This document shows positions 47,563-48,953 of a stretch of DNA of 48,953 bases, piece by piece. A program made the position numbers and the translations under genes. How positions within the stretch are numbered: position 1 is the first letter of the stretch; each line of letters opens with the position of its first letter. The notes beneath the pieces were generated by a model. It had not been told where the DNA came from, made no database searches, and saw only the letters and a program-made list of their open reading frames with translations. Origin of the DNA: a virus (lineage: Duplodnaviria > Heunggongvirae > Uroviricota > Caudoviricetes); the IMG/VR virus record IMGVR_UViG_2579778802_000015. One strand, given 5' to 3'.

Positions 47563-47934
47563 ATGGATTCACACAGTATCACCCTCAAAGAGGCCTGTAA
47601 GTTTCTCAAGATATCAAGGCCAACAGCTGTTAACTGGATACGAACGGGCCGACTACAGGCAACCCGAAAAAATTCTTCCGGTAAAAGATCACCTTATCTC
47701 ACAACCCGGCAAGCCTGCATTGCAGCACTTCATTCACCGCTGCATACTGTCCAGGTGAGCGCGGGTGATGGCATAACAGAGGAAAGAAAATGTCACTCTT
47801 CCGCAGAGGTGAAATATGGTACGCCTCGTACTCGCTCCCGGGCGGGAAGCGAATTAAGGAGTCTCTTGGCACAAAGGACAAGCGGCAAGCTCAGGAGTTG
47901 CACGACAAGCGAAAAGCAGAACTCTGGCGAGTAG
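47563..47934 (+). CDS. xis: Excisionase (AlpA/Xis-family HTH), unusually long with 145-bp overlap on int
   Basis: [36 protein letters not shown]... HTH; frame stays open to 47934. Confidence 0.6.
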   Translation: MDSHSITLKEACKFLKISRPTAVNWIRTGRLQATRKNSSGKRSPYLTTRQACIAALHSPLHTVQVSAGDGITEERKCHSSAEVKYGTPRTRSRAGSELRSLLAQRTSGKLRSCTTSEKQNSGE

Positions 47935-48953
47935 ACAGACTGGGGGATATGCCAGATGTCACTTTCGAAGAAGCCTGCCTGAGATGGCTTGAGGAAAAAG
48001 CCGACAAGAAATCCATCGATTCCGATAAATCCAGAATCGCATTCTGGATTGAGCATTTCGAGGGAATAAGGATTAAGGATATATCGGAGGCAATGATCTA
48101 CTCAGTTATCAGCAAAGCGTATAACCGAAAAACAAAGGAGAGATGGAAGTTGCAGGTGGAGGCTGCATTAAGAAAAGGGAAAGAACCACCAGCCTATATA
48201 CCTAAATCGGTGAGCACGCAAACAAAAGCAACACACCTGGCAATGATCAAGGCTATTCTGCGCGCCGCAGAGCGAGACTGGAAATGGCTTGAAAAAGCAC
48301 CTGTAATCAAAATCCCTGCCGTAAAAAACAAACGCGTGAGATGGCTGGAAAAAGAAGAAGCTAGGAGACTCATTGATTCATGTTCTGATCCCCTGAAATC
48401 TGTAGTTAAATTTGCACTGGCAACTGGCCTGAGGAGATCAAACATTATTAATCTGGAGTGGCAACAAATCGATATGCAGCGACGTGTTGCCTGGGTAAAC
48501 CCTGAAGACAGTAAGTCAAACCGCGCTATTGGGGTCGCACTGAATGACACTGCCTGCAAGGTGTTGCGTGATCAAATAGGCAAACATCACCGCTGGGTGT
48601 TTGTTTATACCACTGCTGCCAGAAGGCCTGACGGGACAATGACACCAAGCATCAGAAAGATGCGCCTGGACTATAACACATCGTGGTTAACAGCATGTCG
48701 TCGGGCAGGAATTGAAAATTTCCGTTTTCATGACCTCCGCCATACCTGGGCCAGTTGGTTAATTCAGTCAGGTGTACCACTGTCAGTACTTCAGGAAATG
48801 GGCGGCTGGGAGTCTATCGAAATGGTGCGTAGGTACGCACACCTTGCACCTAATCATTTGACAGAGCACGCGAGGAAAATTGACGACATATTGGGTGACG
48901 ATGTCCCAAATTTGTCCCACCCTGAGGTTTTTGAGGATGCAAAGAAAGCATAA
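47790..48953 (+). CDS. int: Tyrosine integrase (site-specific recombinase)
   Basis: 387 aa; C-terminal catalytic ...[42 protein letters not shown]... R-H-R-Y pattern; stop TAA at the window end. Confidence 0.93.
   Translation: MSLFRRGEIWYASYSLPGGKRIKESLGTKDKRQAQELHDKRKAELWRVDRLGDMPDVTFEEACLRWLEEKADKKSIDSDKSRIAFWIEHFEGIRIKDISEAMIYSVISKAYNRKTKERWKLQVEAALRKGKEPPAYIPKSVSTQTKATHLAMIKAILRAAERDWKWLEKAPVIKIPAVKNKRVRWLEKEEARRLIDSCSDPLKSVVKFALATGLRRSNIINLEWQQIDMQRRVAWVNPEDSKSNRAIGVALNDTACKVLRDQIGKHHRWVFVYTTAARRPDGTMTPSIRKMRLDYNTSWLTACRRAGIENFRFHDLRHTWASWLIQSGVPLSVLQEMGGWESIEMVRRYAHLAPNHLTEHARKIDDILGDDVPNLSHPEVFEDAKKA

Overview
The window is almost entirely one lambdoid prophage, read from its side-tail-fibre gene (left, truncated at position 1) to its integrase (right, stop codon at the last base); neither att site lies inside the window. 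It is a mosaic. The immunity region (cI, cro, OR, OL/pL, oop) and the recombination genes (gam, bet, exo) are lambda-type. N is of the 933W/H-19B type, Q is a non-lambda type, and the lysis cassette is phage-21-like (dual-start pinholin, SAR lysozyme, Rz/Rz1). The head module is HK97-like (HNH, cos, TerS, TerL, fused protease-capsid, portal) and the tail is lambda-like (V, G/G-T, H, M, L, K, I, J, lom, stf). A NanS-p sialate O-acetylesterase sits upstream of the holin, as in Stx phages, but no stx genes or tRNA genes are present. The strongest novelty candidate is a two-gene cassette of unknown function in the slot where lambda carries rexA-rexB, directly downstream of a near-identical lambda cI and upstream of lambda-type OL/pL. 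Other candidates are a plus-strand zinc-ribbon gene with a divergent overlapping start in the nin region, a HigB/HigA-like toxin-antitoxin pair, a 197-aa protein immediately downstream of Q, and a 1.3-kb non-coding block with repeated terminator modules. All calls rest on reading the six-frame translations and sequence by eye and on recalled reference sequences; no searches were run.
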